Part shown: positions 24,556 to 37,100 of the stretch, in pieces | How positions within the stretch are numbered: position 1 is the first letter of the stretch | Layout: each line of letters starts with the position of its first letter | From: Paecilomyces variotii | Taxonomy: Eukaryota | DNA: 64,000 bases | Direction: 5' to 3' (one strand) | NCBI GenBank assembly: GCA_004022145.1 | Contig: RCNU01000008.1 | Notes under the pieces: model-generated | The model's database searches: none | Told to the model about the DNA's origin: nothing | Seen by the model: the letters and a program-made list of their open reading frames with translations, nothing else | Translations under genes and position numbers: made by a program

Positions 24556-25380
24556 ATGGCCAAACACGAATCCTCAAATCCCAATACCTGGCGAATTCCC
24601 TTCTTGATCACAGCAACCCTACTCCTCGTTCTCGTCTCAGCAGAAATCTACTTCCGAATCATCCCAGACAACATTGAAAACGTCGGAGCGAGCCTCCTAA
24701 CCCCCAAACCATCCCCTTCACATCAAACCCCAACAGAAGACGACACAACAATCGGTTCCGTTTTCCGAAAAATCGACATTCTCGAAGATATGGGTCCCGC
24801 AGGAGACGAGGCGTGGGATTCACTCCTCTTACCGAAAAGAGGGGGCTATATATTCGCACGACCGGAGGATCCTGCTTCGAACGAAGCAGAGCCGTGGGGT
24901 ATTACTATGTTTCATAGTTTGCATTGTCTGGGTATGCTACGAAGTGCGATTCAGGAACAGCAGGGTTCGAATAGTTCAAATGCGCATGTGCATAATCATA
25001 ATCATGCGAGGAGGGATGGAGTCGAAGATGTTAACCATACGGTCCATTGTCTATCTTATCTTGCTCAGGTAGGTTTCCCGCTCATTTAGGTAGTTTTCTG
25101 ATATGGATAATTATGAATATGGGACATGTTGGCTAATTAGGTACTCCTGGAACAGGCACTGACGTGCTGTGGGGATGGCACTCTTGAGAAAGCGATTCAT
25201 CTGGATGAGCCAGATAGACGCTTTGCCATTAATGGACAGGGCGTGTGGCATCAGTGTCGAGATACGAGTTTGTTATGGGATATTACTATGAAATCGACGC
25301 GTGAGCCGGTTGATAGATGGGTTTCGAGGAGAGGTGAGACGGTCTATAGTGTTTGGGGTAAGGGGGGTCGGACGAACTAG
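24556..25380 (+). CDS. DUF3328 / UstYa-family oxidase (RiPP tailoring enzyme), copy B
   Basis: N-terminal TM (IPFLITATLLLVLVSAEIYF), 'GDEAWDSLLLPKRGGYI', motif 1 'ITMFHSLHCLGMLR', motif 2 'NHTVHCLSYLAQ|ALTCCGDGTLE', C-terminal 'GQGVWHQCRD'. Intron 25069-25155 (GTAGGT...GCTAAT...CAG). Confidence 0.9.
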
Positions 25381-25927
25381 GGCAGAAGTGTTGGAAGGGT
25401 TGGAGTAGAGAAGGTTGTTTGCTTCTTTGGCTTTCTCCTTTCTCTTGTTGTGTAGGTAAATATTGTTTTGGATTATCGGTAATATTCTATCTTATCATTT
25501 CGGACAGTTTGATCCATCGTCTTGTTCCCCGCATGCGTGACCCCACATAAGTAAGTAGTGTCAAGAGTGACATAATTTATCTTCAATGAACGTCTGTTAT
25601 AACTCAGTAAATCTATGACATGGGCATCGAGACACCAGTTTTATCTTGCTTCTATCTTAATCTAAAACATTCTCAGCTCTTCCAACTTACCAATTGACAA
25701 TTCCGATATTGTATATCGTATTTCATACCGAGGTCGTAACGCTGGATGTTGGAAACCCCTGTGGTAAACCTCGGGAAATCCAGACATCTATCGGGGAGTA
25801 AATGTGGGGTCTATCTCAGAGCTCTACAGAGGCAAGATAATAAATGAGAGATCCGCAAAGAAGAAAAAGTAATATATCTAGAGAAACAGTTTTCAAGTAT
25901 CCTGTCCCGGTAACCGCAGATTTCAAA

Positions 25928-26976
25928 ATGGCCTTAGTAGAGCTCGATCCCTCCTTACTAGCCACGCTCAAGGACAAAGTCGTCGTCCTTACGGGCGGGG
26001 CGACGGGCATAGGACGTTCTGCTGTAGAGCAGTTCCATGGTGAGTAGGAGGAGGAAACTGAATTCAAGAGAGAAAGAAAATGAAATTGACAATTACTTTC
26101 ATCCCAGCAAGCGGCGCAAAAGTCGTCTTCGGAGACGTCTCCGACAAACCTGCTCAAGAACTGATCTCAAAACTTGGCCCATCTGTTCGCTACATGCACT
26201 GCGACACAACACGCTATGCGGATCAACTCGCCCTCTTCGCGACAGCCGAGAAGCTATTCGGTCGTGTCGATATCGTGGTCGCGAATGCCGGAGTCGCACA
26301 GCACAAGGACATTTTCGCTCCAGACCAAGACATCAATGAGGAGCCGTCTCTGCGGGAAATCGATGTGAATCTCAAAGGCGTGCTTTTCACAGCAAGGATC
26401 GGTCAACATTATCTCCGCAAAGTAGGAGGTGGAGATATGATTCTTGTCAGTAGTATTGCTGGCTTTAAGGAAACAGGTGGTCTTACCCCGTATATGGCGA
26501 GCAAGCATGGGGTTATTGGGATCTTGCGGGGGTTAAGACTCACGGCTCTTCCGGAGAATATTAGGATTAATGCCATTTGTCCGTGGATGACGAGTGAGTT
26601 TTATGATGACATCCTTGTTTAATTGGTGATTATAGTGCTTATGCATGTGTCAGAAACGCGGCTAGTAGAGGGCATCGAGGACGGCTGGTATAAACTAGGC
26701 CTTCCTACAAATGAACCCGCCGACGTTGCGAGGGCGATTGTCACTTGTGCGACGGCAAACAGAGAAACTGGAGGTAAGACGCACAGAGGAGCGGTATTGC
26801 CGTTTGCGGGAAATATCCTTTACGTTGCTGGCGGAAAGGCCTATGAGATTGAGGCCAAGCTGCAGGAACTGGAGCCGGTATGGCTCGGAAAAGAGAACAG
26901 TGAGGTTCTTGCAAAAGGACAAGCATATTTGGCGTCAGAGGGAACCAGCTGGGATGCTTCGAAATCAAAGTTGTAG
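25928..26976 (+). CDS. Classical short-chain dehydrogenase/reductase (15-hydroxyprostaglandin dehydrogenase-like)
   Basis: 'VVVLTGGATGIG', 'VVANAG', catalytic Ser in 'VSSIAG' and 'YMASK'. Introns ~26040-26107 and ~26593-26653. Confidence 0.88.
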
Positions 26977-27089
26977 AGAGTGTATTAGGGTTTTCTAATA
27001 CTGTATATAGACCTCCCCGAGCCTTTCTCTTGTCTTGTCTTATCTAGTGCCTCTTGAAGTTAAGAGATGGAACCCAATATCATGAAACT

Positions 27090-29495
27090 CTAACTAAATA
27101 AGCTCTCCACATTTTTAAACTCGGCCATCCCACCGGTTGCCGCCAGAGGGGCCTTCAACTCTCCCTTTTTAGTGAAAAGAATCAACGTTCCTCCAACACC
27201 CATATCGCCGTAGATGATCTTGACAGAAGACTGCTTCTTGTTTGGAATCATTGTAATCGGAACTGACTTCTTTGAGACTCCATTATAGTAGGTGAAGGTG
27301 CTGCTTTCAACGTCGAAGCTTGGATAGGCCTCAACGGTAAGATGAGGCGCCCAGTTCTTCGTCCATTTATTGTTCGCTTGGACGATGTCACCGCGAGGTA
27401 CAATGGACCCAGCCTTGATGTACACAGGACTATATTCAAGTTCCAGCTGTACCTGGGCAGTTGAACCTCCTTTATACACGTCCGTCTTGTTGTGATACTC
27501 GAGATAGTCCGCCCCTTTGGGGAAATAGACTGTTCGGCTGCCGCCTTCGTTCACGATCGGGGCTACTAGAAATTCTTCCCCAAAGAAATATTCGTCTGAG
27601 ATAGTATATACTTTGTTATCCTCTGGAGACTCGAGGAACAAAGCCCGCATAATAGGCACACCATTCTGCGTCGCTTGGTAGGTATAGCTCTTGATGAATG
27701 GAATCAGGTCATGATGAAGATTTGCCGTCTGCTTCAGAATCAACACAAGCCTTTCCGTATATGGTGCGTACCATGGAGTATGGCCTGTGCCGATCATGAT
27801 CAAAAACTCCGGGGTGAAGGCAGAATGGTGCATCCATCTTGCCCAGAGCTCTTCGGTGGGTTCGTCTCCCTCACGGACATAGCCGCCCGTGTCGCTTGTC
27901 CAGTGGGAGAAACCAATAAGACCGGCCCTGATGCCATCTGCAACGGTGTATCTCAAACCAGTGAAGTTAGAGTGGGCATCTCCGTCCCAAACAGTGGTGA
28001 CAGCACGGTCACGGTCATAGGCACTTCGGGCAAAATCGTGGAAGCCATCCTCACCCCATTTCTCGACCATGGTTTCATAACAGAGCCTTCTGAAGAGTAC
28101 ATCCTGGATGTTTTGTTCAAAGACTGAAAATCCTGTTACCACTAGTTTCGAGCTACATATAGGTAAGACATACCTGGCATTTCACCTTCTTCGCCGCGGT
28201 CGATTTTGTACCCCTTGACTCCGATTGATGGGAAATAGCTCAACCTCTCCTTGAAATATTCATAGGCAGCAGGTATCGACAAGTTCAAAGCCGGACCGAG
28301 AAACTGTTCCGGATCAATTCCAGGAAAGAGCCAGCCATTCTCCACTGACGCATTGTAGAGCTCGGTGTCGAGGAATGCCCGGTTCGCAACCCATACCTAA
28401 TAGTATCCAAACATCAATAAACCTGCCTGGCACCTAACCGGGGAATTAATCATACCTGGAAGTCAAATCCGTAGTCGGTAAGATTCTGAATGAACTGTTC
28501 TGGGGTGGGATAATACTTTGGGTCGAAGTCGAAATTCCCAAAGGAAGAGTTTCCCGTTCCATATGGACCTAGTGAGGAGTTAGAACCTGTATCACAACCA
28601 TATAAATGTGGCAACATACGATCCGCAAATAAACCAGAAGCATGAATCTGGTGATAGTACAGATGATCCACAACATCATAATAGTTCTCCTGCGCATTAC
28701 GGACATAGCCATGGAAATCCTCCTCAAAATCATCCGAGTAGAAATTGGGCCCATACGCTGAGTCCGGAGGCATTATACTTCTAGCAGATAGTCCAGTATA
28801 TTCCTCAATTATGGCCTTGTAATCATTTTTCTTTTCCGGCGTTATGATGTAGTACGTCAAAGAGCTCGTGTTGAAGACAAATTCAGCTGTTCCCGGTGCA
28901 GTAAACTCGTACGAGCTCATGGCGGTAGAATCAGCGTAAACAGCATATCCGGCAGTACTGATGAAAAATGGAGCCCTAGCATTCGACCAGTTGATTCCTT
29001 CGGAGTTTCTGAATCCTTTTAATTCGAAGGAAACGTTTGAGTTGACGATGGTGTCGCTCAATGGATACTCCCAGACACCGTAGAAGAGGTCAGTGGCATC
29101 GTTGATGAATTTTGCGCCGACAAATTGCTTTGAGGAATCGATCTTGATTTGCATGACTGTTGGGGAAATGCAATTCCAAGAAATTGAACCGCCATCGTGC
29201 ATGATGTGGCCGTTGCCCGTAATGCTAATGGCTGATACGGTCTCATTTTGCGATCCTACACTCGTGTAAGCGAAGCCCGTCTGTCTCAGTGGTCCCTGTA
29301 ATTATGCTAAAATGCTATAAAGAGACATTGCTAAGTACCAGTGAGAACCGTGTTCTGAACTGTCCCCTTTCCATTCCATGATCCCGTCTCAAATGTCAAT
29401 GGCCACTTTTGCGATACTTTCACCGGGCATCTACTAGCATACGTAGTAGTGCCGGTCATGGCAAGGATAGAGACTCCCAGCGCAAGCCAGTGCAT
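27090..29495 (-). CDS. Secreted glycoside hydrolase family 31 (alpha-glucosidase/alpha-xylosidase-like)
   Basis: Signal peptide MHWLALGVSILAMTG (ATG 29495), nucleophile region 'GYKIDRGEE', 'VWDGD', acid/base region 'HWTSDTGGY', 'EELWARW', 'GVPIMRALFLE', 'YFFGEEFLVAPIV'. Several short introns. Confidence 0.85.
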
Positions 29496-30141
29496 TTCGA
29501 GGATAATCGAGGAAGCAATTCCTTCATTAATTCTACTCTAGACCTCGCCCGCGCAGAACTTCACTGCATTCTTATAGCAACTATGCCAAGGACGCAATAT
29601 TGCTTTCGAAAAGTTAGGTTAATATACAGACTAAACCCGTCCTTCCGTGATTTTCTTGCTTGTTTACATGGAGAAATACGTTTCCACCAATGTCTTACGG
29701 ATTAGGTCTCGAGTTACTGTATGCCTTTATCGGCCCTATTCCGATGAGGTGGAGAAGGCTTGTCGAAAGCTAACTGTGCTCTGTGTAATGCCTTGCCGGG
29801 TAAAGCCTTCGAGGGCAAAATGCGGGGACCCCACAAGTGCTGGAGTTTCCCCTAGCAGATAGCAGCGAGAAGATAGCTTATCCCGCTCTTTTTGGTTGCA
29901 CATAGTTCCCAAGTCGAGCAACAAACCGAGCTCTCTGCTGGACGCAAGCAGCAGTTTTAAGCGGCTCTTCGCAGCTGGATATTACCGACGGAATAGACGA
30001 CATTCATTAATCCAAAGCTATTTTTCCACCAACCAGAAAATACTCAGATTCTCGTATCGGAATCTAAGATGAAAAGTCAAGTTGCAGAATGTTTTTGGGG
30101 ATCTAACACGAGGCAGATTTTCATTTGTATGCTTGGGTATC

Positions 30142-33100
30142 CTAAGGAAACTGAATATCCAACATCTCCATCCCAACTCCACAGACGAGAAGCTTCAAGC
30201 CTTTTTCGGAATCGGAGTCTGCTGCCGGAGCGCGGATGATATCCATAGACGATATATCCGCAACCGGGGAATACCGATTTACTTTCTCAACGATATCAAT
30301 GACGTCTGAACCTTTCTTTTCAAGGTCTATCGTAATTGACCATATTTTGATCCGGTGATCGTTGCCTGAAGTTGCAACAAGGAAGTTTCTTTGCGAACCG
30401 GTAGCATCTAGCATTTCCTTCGGGTAAGGAAGCACTTTGATTGTGGTTACAGAAGCTGCATGAGCATCGGGTATTGATACTGTTGTCACTTCAGCATCTT
30501 TGGCAACGTCGATGGTTGGCAGCGCGAGTAAGGAAATCGACAGTGCGTTATCATCTCCACCAGCAATAATAATTTTCATCGAGTCTGATAGATCCACGTA
30601 TTCCATAGACTTGATGCTGTTCTGATGGATCTGATATCGTGTATATGAGGGCAGATCGGCGAGCTTTACAGCATCTGACAGAGCCGACGGCCGTGGAATA
30701 ACTTTTGAGGACTCAACAAAGAAAAGAGGCTCCAGAATGTGACGCAGGTCCCAGACTGAAAAGTGCCCATCGGTGGCACAAGTTATCAGGTTGATTGAAG
30801 AATGGCACATTAAAAACTGTGCCCGAGTAAGACAATTGGTCATATATGTACCCTTTGCTAGCAGCGTAAACTGGGAGCCCGCGTCTGAGGACGTATAGTA
30901 TAGGATCTAGAAAGTTAGCGCAGTCATAAATAGGAGGCTGTAGGCATATTTACCTTCACTGTCGAATTAGAGCAGACCAGACAGAATAAAAAGCGATCCT
31001 CCCCCTTTTCACTTGTTATGTCTAAGACGTCAAAGCTGGTTATTCGGAGATCAGACTGAGGGTCATCTTTCGGACAGGACGCCTCTTGGATGATCGCAAG
31101 ACCGAACACCGGAATAGAGCGTGCTCTCCATACAAATAGCTCTTCTTGGCCCGCGCTTGTGAATAAGAATCTTCCATCTGACGACCACGTCACTTGCTGG
31201 AGTCCAGTATTATGTGGGTTAAGCACTCGCAAGCATTCGAAAGCTCCTCGTGGGCTATTCGCTGCTGAAGGCGCTGATTTGAATATGCGCACTGTTGTAT
31301 CCTCGCCGCCTGTGGCAAAAAGGGCCTCCGAACTCTTTGTCGTCTCCATACACTTTATCTCTCGACCATGACTGCCCACACGAAGCGTTCTTTGCAAGGG
31401 GGTTGTCATTCGGACAGTGTATAAATTCTTGGCCTGGTTCCACAAGAATGTCCCACACCCAGGTAATGCCTGGATATTGCAGTATGCCCAGCTTCTGTGC
31501 ACGCCTCCACAGCCAATGGTGAGCAGCTCAGATCGAGTTGATTCGTTCCAAATAACAAAATCTTTACTGCGGAAGCCATATAACATCAGATCACCAGTTT
31601 CTTTTTCAAAATAGGCGCCCTCAATAGTCTGTTTGAGGGAAGGTGAAGAACGATGGATTGTTTTGAGATGAACGGGACCTCCTGGTTCAGCTGCTGATCT
31701 CAACTCATGAAGACAGTAGAAGCTATCTCGGCCACAGGTTATGAAATAATCCACATGCGTGCCGTCCACATCAACGCGTGATAGGACATGTGTCTGAGAA
31801 GTGACCACGTCGAAGCCATGAACACGACGGATGCATATCAGAGGTTCCAAAGGTGCATCTGAGTGAACCGACATGTCATATAGCGCTAGGCCTCCAAGTA
31901 GCGACCCAAAGGTAATGTAACGGCGACCACAAAGATACAAAGAACTGGTTACCTTGAAAGTAGAAGGCAATGCCAGTTCAAAAGTGTCTACGTCCGGGCT
32001 CGAACCATCCAGTGACTTTATGACGATCAGATCAGCATAGTCGGAAGTAGCACGCGTTGCCAGGATGGAGAAAGAATCAGCCGGACTATCGTTAGAGGCC
32101 CCTTCTGTCTGATGATCAAGAACATAGAGGTCCATTGGCCGCCTGCCAGTCTCAGCAACGACTCTGATGGTCTTTGAATGGTGATCATATAGACGCATAA
32201 GACCGTTTGCGTTTCCTATCACCGCTAACCCTCGACGTGGCAGACTGGCGATGAAAGCGAAGGACGCGAGATCGGGTTCAGTGGATATTTCCTCCCAAGA
32301 GATCCGGTCATCTTGCTCGCACAGAGGGTTAGGTCCAGGGTGAAAGTGACCTATACGAATTTGTCCCTGGACAGTGACTGCAATGAAACAATCGTCGGTG
32401 ACAAAGTCAAACGCTTTGATTCGGTCATCAGTCCTCACTAGTGTTTTCTCATCCTTCAGAGAAGCTTTAGCAGAAAGGACTTTGTTGTTGATAGGACCCA
32501 ACTCTATGGCTTTCAGGCCACCATCAGCACCGCCTGTGTAGATTACGGTGCTGTTGGGTGCCCTGAGAATGTCTAAAGCCCATATGTGCTTTCCGGTATG
32601 ATGATACAGGGTTGACAAATTTTCCAAGTGGAATTTGGGCTCCGACGAGAGATGATTGTCCCATGTAAGATTCCATAATTGGCAGGCTGCATCCTCGCCC
32701 CTAGAAACGAGGCTCACCGTAGGTTCAGATGACGTATGTAGGAAATGGATACCCCATATTCGTGCGGCGTGACCGAAGCATTCCGCGATGCAGTTTTCCG
32801 AGCTAAGAGAAGACGTCTCAGCATGACTACCGAATCCTGTCGTTCGAAGTTCGAACCCATCCGTAGAATATGCAGAAGGATCGTGGCGTGACGCTTTGGA
32901 ACAGTCACTGATGTCCCAGATCCGGACCGTTCTGTCGTCACTGCAGCTTGCGAGTAACCGTCCTGGTTTACCATCACGTACGACAGCGATTTCAGGAGAT
33001 ATGTCGACGCCAAATATGGATCCCTGATGTCCAGTAAAAAAATGGTGAATAGACGTACAGTTATCTGTGAGAAAACTTCCATCTTCATCAAGAAAATAAG

Positions 33101-33732
33101 ACCACACGACGATTTCACCAAAGACAGTCCCAGCAGCTATGAGGACATGTGTAGCAGAAAGTGCCAGGATGTCTGCGGAATATAGCATTGTTTTGACGCC
33201 TGTTGCTAGCTGTTGCAAATGAATCCCTGTCTCAGGGTTGATATCAAGAAGCAGCAACGCATTATGAGCCGTGACCAAATAAGCTCTATTCCGATTATCG
33301 TCCTCATGAGAAGCGCACGCATCGAGGATCCAGTCCGGAGCTGCATACTCGCGGCTTGCTACTGACAAGCATAGATGTTGGAACCCAACATCAGTTTTCA
33401 GATAGCTCAATCTGAGGACTCTCACTGAATGTCCACCCCACGTTAGGATCTGCACTTCATTCTGCCCACTGTTCTGCGATTTCTGTTCAGTAATTAGAAA
33501 GCCATGAACATTGTTCCTTTTGAAGGCCCTAGTTTCGGCTAGAACCACTCCAGTAGCCTCATTAATAATGCGGGTATAAGGACCCTGGCCATAGATTACT
33601 ACATCGTACCCCTGCAGACTGAAGACTCTTATTCCAGATATTGGAAGGCAGGCATCGATGTGCTGGTTTTTGAGTCAGTGCCACATTTAAATACAGGCAA
33701 TGGTGCACACTGACCTCAAGAGAGAGAGACAT
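30142..33732 (-). CDS. WDR6: WD40-repeat protein, WDR6/Trm734(Rtt10)-like tRNA 2'-O-methyltransferase cofactor
   Basis: Characteristic WD segments 'AAGTVFGEIVVW', 'GHQGSIFGV...LASCSDDRTVRIW', 'GHAARIW', 'CGGVHRSW', 'HGREIK', 'GGDDNAL', 'AHAASVT'. Short exon 1 MSLSLE (ATG 33732) and a late intron ~30953-30908. Confidence 0.8.
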
Positions 33733-34120
33733 TGGGTACGAGACCCGCACCTACAGTCGTAGGTAAATATTGAAACCTCTGATGAGGTACTTCGATACTT
33801 GATCCCAATAATACTGCCTAGAGGCAGTTCTATTCTCCCACCTAGATTTTTGAATTATTCGATAGCATAAAAATGATCGTGCAATTGGATTACATAATCT
33901 CTCAAAATCTCCAAGTCGCACTTACCCATAAGCGGTTATATGAAGCACGTGATGTCGTGTCCCTCGTGTCAGATAAGTGGCGATGACGATAGTGGGAGCT
34001 ATCGGCCATATTGCCTCTGCAGTACCACAGTCCTCTTCCATGAATCTCTGAAGGCTTTTCTCTGCTGTGTGCGATGAGTACTTCGTGCGCCACTGCTTAT
34101 GAACGCGTCTACCCGACGCT

Positions 34121-37100
34121 ATGGGTGTCACCGGTCTCTGGACTGTCGTCCAGCCATGCGCGCGCCCGGTCAAACTCGAGACTCTTAACAGGAAGAGACT
34201 CGCAGTTGACGCGTCCATTTGGATATATCAGTTCCTGAAAGCTGTTCGCGATAAAGAGGGAAATGCGCTGCGAAACTCCCATGTTGTTGGCTTCTTTCGC
34301 CGCATATGCAAGCTGCTCTACTTCGGGATTAAACCGGTGTTCGTATTCGATGGCGGAGCCCCCATTCTGAAAAGACAGACGATAGCGGCGAGGAAGAAAA
34401 GAAGGGAAGGTCGAAGGGAAGATGCCGTTAGGACCGCCGGGAAACTTCTTGCCGTTCAAATGCAGAGGTTGGCCCAAGATGAAGAGACCAAGAGGAAAGA
34501 CTCGGGGAGGCAACCGCAAGAAGAGGAGGTGCCGGATAATGCAGTCTATGTGGATGAGATATTCATGACGGATAAGGAGAGACGGCAGAACCGCCAATTC
34601 CGAAAGAAGGATGCCTATCATCTTCCTGAAATGGATGTCTCTTTTGACAAGATGGGTGCACCTGAGGATCCCCGTATCATGTCGCATGAGGAACTCGAAG
34701 AGTATGCGCGACAATTTCACTCTGGGGAAGAAATAAACCTCTATGACTTCTCCAAAATTGATTTTGATAGTCCCTTCTTCCTCAGTCTACCTGCGACTGA
34801 TCGATACAACATCTTGAATGCGGCCAGGCTACGCAGTAGACTCCGAATGGGTTACTCCAAGGAACAGCTGGATATCATGTTCCCGGATCGGATGGCCTTC
34901 TCTAAGTTCCAGATCGAACGTGTTAAGGAACGGAATGACCTTACGCAACGACTAATGAACATCAACGGTATGAACGGAGAGGACGCTATGTACGGAAACA
35001 CTGCGGGTCAGAGAATTGCCGGAGAGCGTGGTCGAGAATATGTATTGGTGAAGAACAATGATGTTGAGGGCGGATGGGCTCTTGGTGTCGTGGGTAATGA
35101 AGGCCACAGAGAGCGACCGATCGATGTTGATCGCGATGATCAGCAGGAGGCAGCGGAGAATGAAGATTGGACTGATGACGAGGATGGCTTCGAGGATGTG
35201 CCCGTCGAGGGCTTGAATAGGCTTCCTAAGATCCCAGCCCTGCGGGAGGGAGTCTTTGATCAGTCTTTGAGCCGCCATGCACAGGAAATTGCTACAAGAT
35301 TTGAACCGCCACTACAAGAGATTGATGACAACTCTCTTTTTGTAGAGGGCGCTACTGGTGATGATGAGCTTTTCGAGGGAGCCATGGAAAGCGAAGATGA
35401 AGACCTCCAAAAAGCTATTCAGATGTCCCTCCAGGTTCCAGAGGATGATTTGGTCCTTGAAGAGCCTATGGCTGCTCGTCCAGCTCCTCCGCCAGCTAAT
35501 AGAGCAGAGGCAGTAGTGTCCCCTCCTGAAAGTGATGATGAGATGGACTTCGCATCCGCACTCGCGCGATCCAAGAAATCACAACCGAAACCGAAACCCA
35601 AATCCGCTGCTCCTCGTATTGACAATCCATTTGGGGGACCTCTGCCCTTTGAGTCTCTCAAAATAAGCATGAAAAAGAAACCTCAACATACTGGGACCGA
35701 CAAGGAGTCTGATAGGGGGGTCAGCGAATCGACAAAGACACCCAAGAAACAACCTTTGCCTCCTTGGTTTTCTGGTAGCGATGAGGCTAAGAGGGATTTC
35801 ATCAACGAAGAAGCAGGCGAGAAGTCTTTGGAGACATATCGACAAATTGCTGCGAACCCGGAGCACGAGTTCTTGACTGATTACAAGTCCCCGGGAGTTA
35901 TCGACGTCGATAAGATGCCTGATTCGACAGAAGTAGTCGACCTTGAGGGAGACGATAGCAAGCGTCTGCACGAGGAGCCCAAACCAACGGCTTCGAAGCC
36001 GCCCGTCCGCATGGGTGATATAGCTGAAAAGATCAGGGCGGAACCACCATTGTCTAGGAAGTCAATTACTGAAGAGCCTGAAATCAGGCGGGGTGTGGCA
36101 TCTTCAGCGACCGATGTTCCTAACGATGGACCGAAGAAGGCCGCCGATGAAAACTTACCAGACGCCCATGAGGAGCCTCTGGAATCTACTAGCCTGACAG
36201 CCAGAGATGAGAGCTACGAAGAAGAACGATCGCCCTCAGCAGAATTTGAAGATGTCGAGGTATCTGCCGCAAGTGCAGCGGGGTTTCCTCCTGCGGAATC
36301 GACTCCAGCAGCTGAAGTGCCCCCCGCATCTCAGGAATATATACCAGAGACAATGGACGTTTTGGTTGACGAGGCAGAAGATTATTCTGATCCAGAGGAC
36401 GAAGATCTCATGAGACAGCTTGCAGCTGAGGCGGAGGAGCACGCCCGATTCGCTTCGACATTAAACTCTAAAAGCCAGGCGGAAAATATCCTCGTATACG
36501 AGGAAGAGCTGAAACAGTTGCGATCTCAGCAGAAGAAGGATCGCCGGGACGCGGACGAGGTGTCTCACATCATGGTCACAGAATGCCAACAGCTTCTCAC
36601 TCTCTTTGGGCTTCCCTACATCACCGCACCCATGGAGGCGGAGGCACAGTGCGCCGAGCTGGTCTCTCTTGGCCTTGTCGATGGCATCGTGACCGATGAC
36701 AGTGATATTTTTCTGTTTGGGGGAACGCGTGTTTACAAGAACATGTTCAACCAGAGCAAGTATGTTGAATGCTACCTGGCGTCCGACCTGGAAAAGGAGT
36801 ATGCGCTGGACCGCCAGAAGCTGATTCAATTTGCACACCTCCTGGGGAGTGACTACACGGAGGGCATTCCTGGTGTGGGCCCTGTTACTGCCCTGGAGAT
36901 TCTGACCGAGTTTGCCTCTCTCGATGAGTTTCGAGACTGGTGGACGCAGGTACAGATGGGGGTACAGATTCCTGATGACCCCCACGCCGCCTTTTATAAG
37001 AAATTTAAGAAGCATGCATCGAAGCTGTTTCTGCCGCCCTCCTTCCCTGACCGCCACGTGGACACTGCTTACCTGCAACCGGAAGTCGATTCGGATCCTT

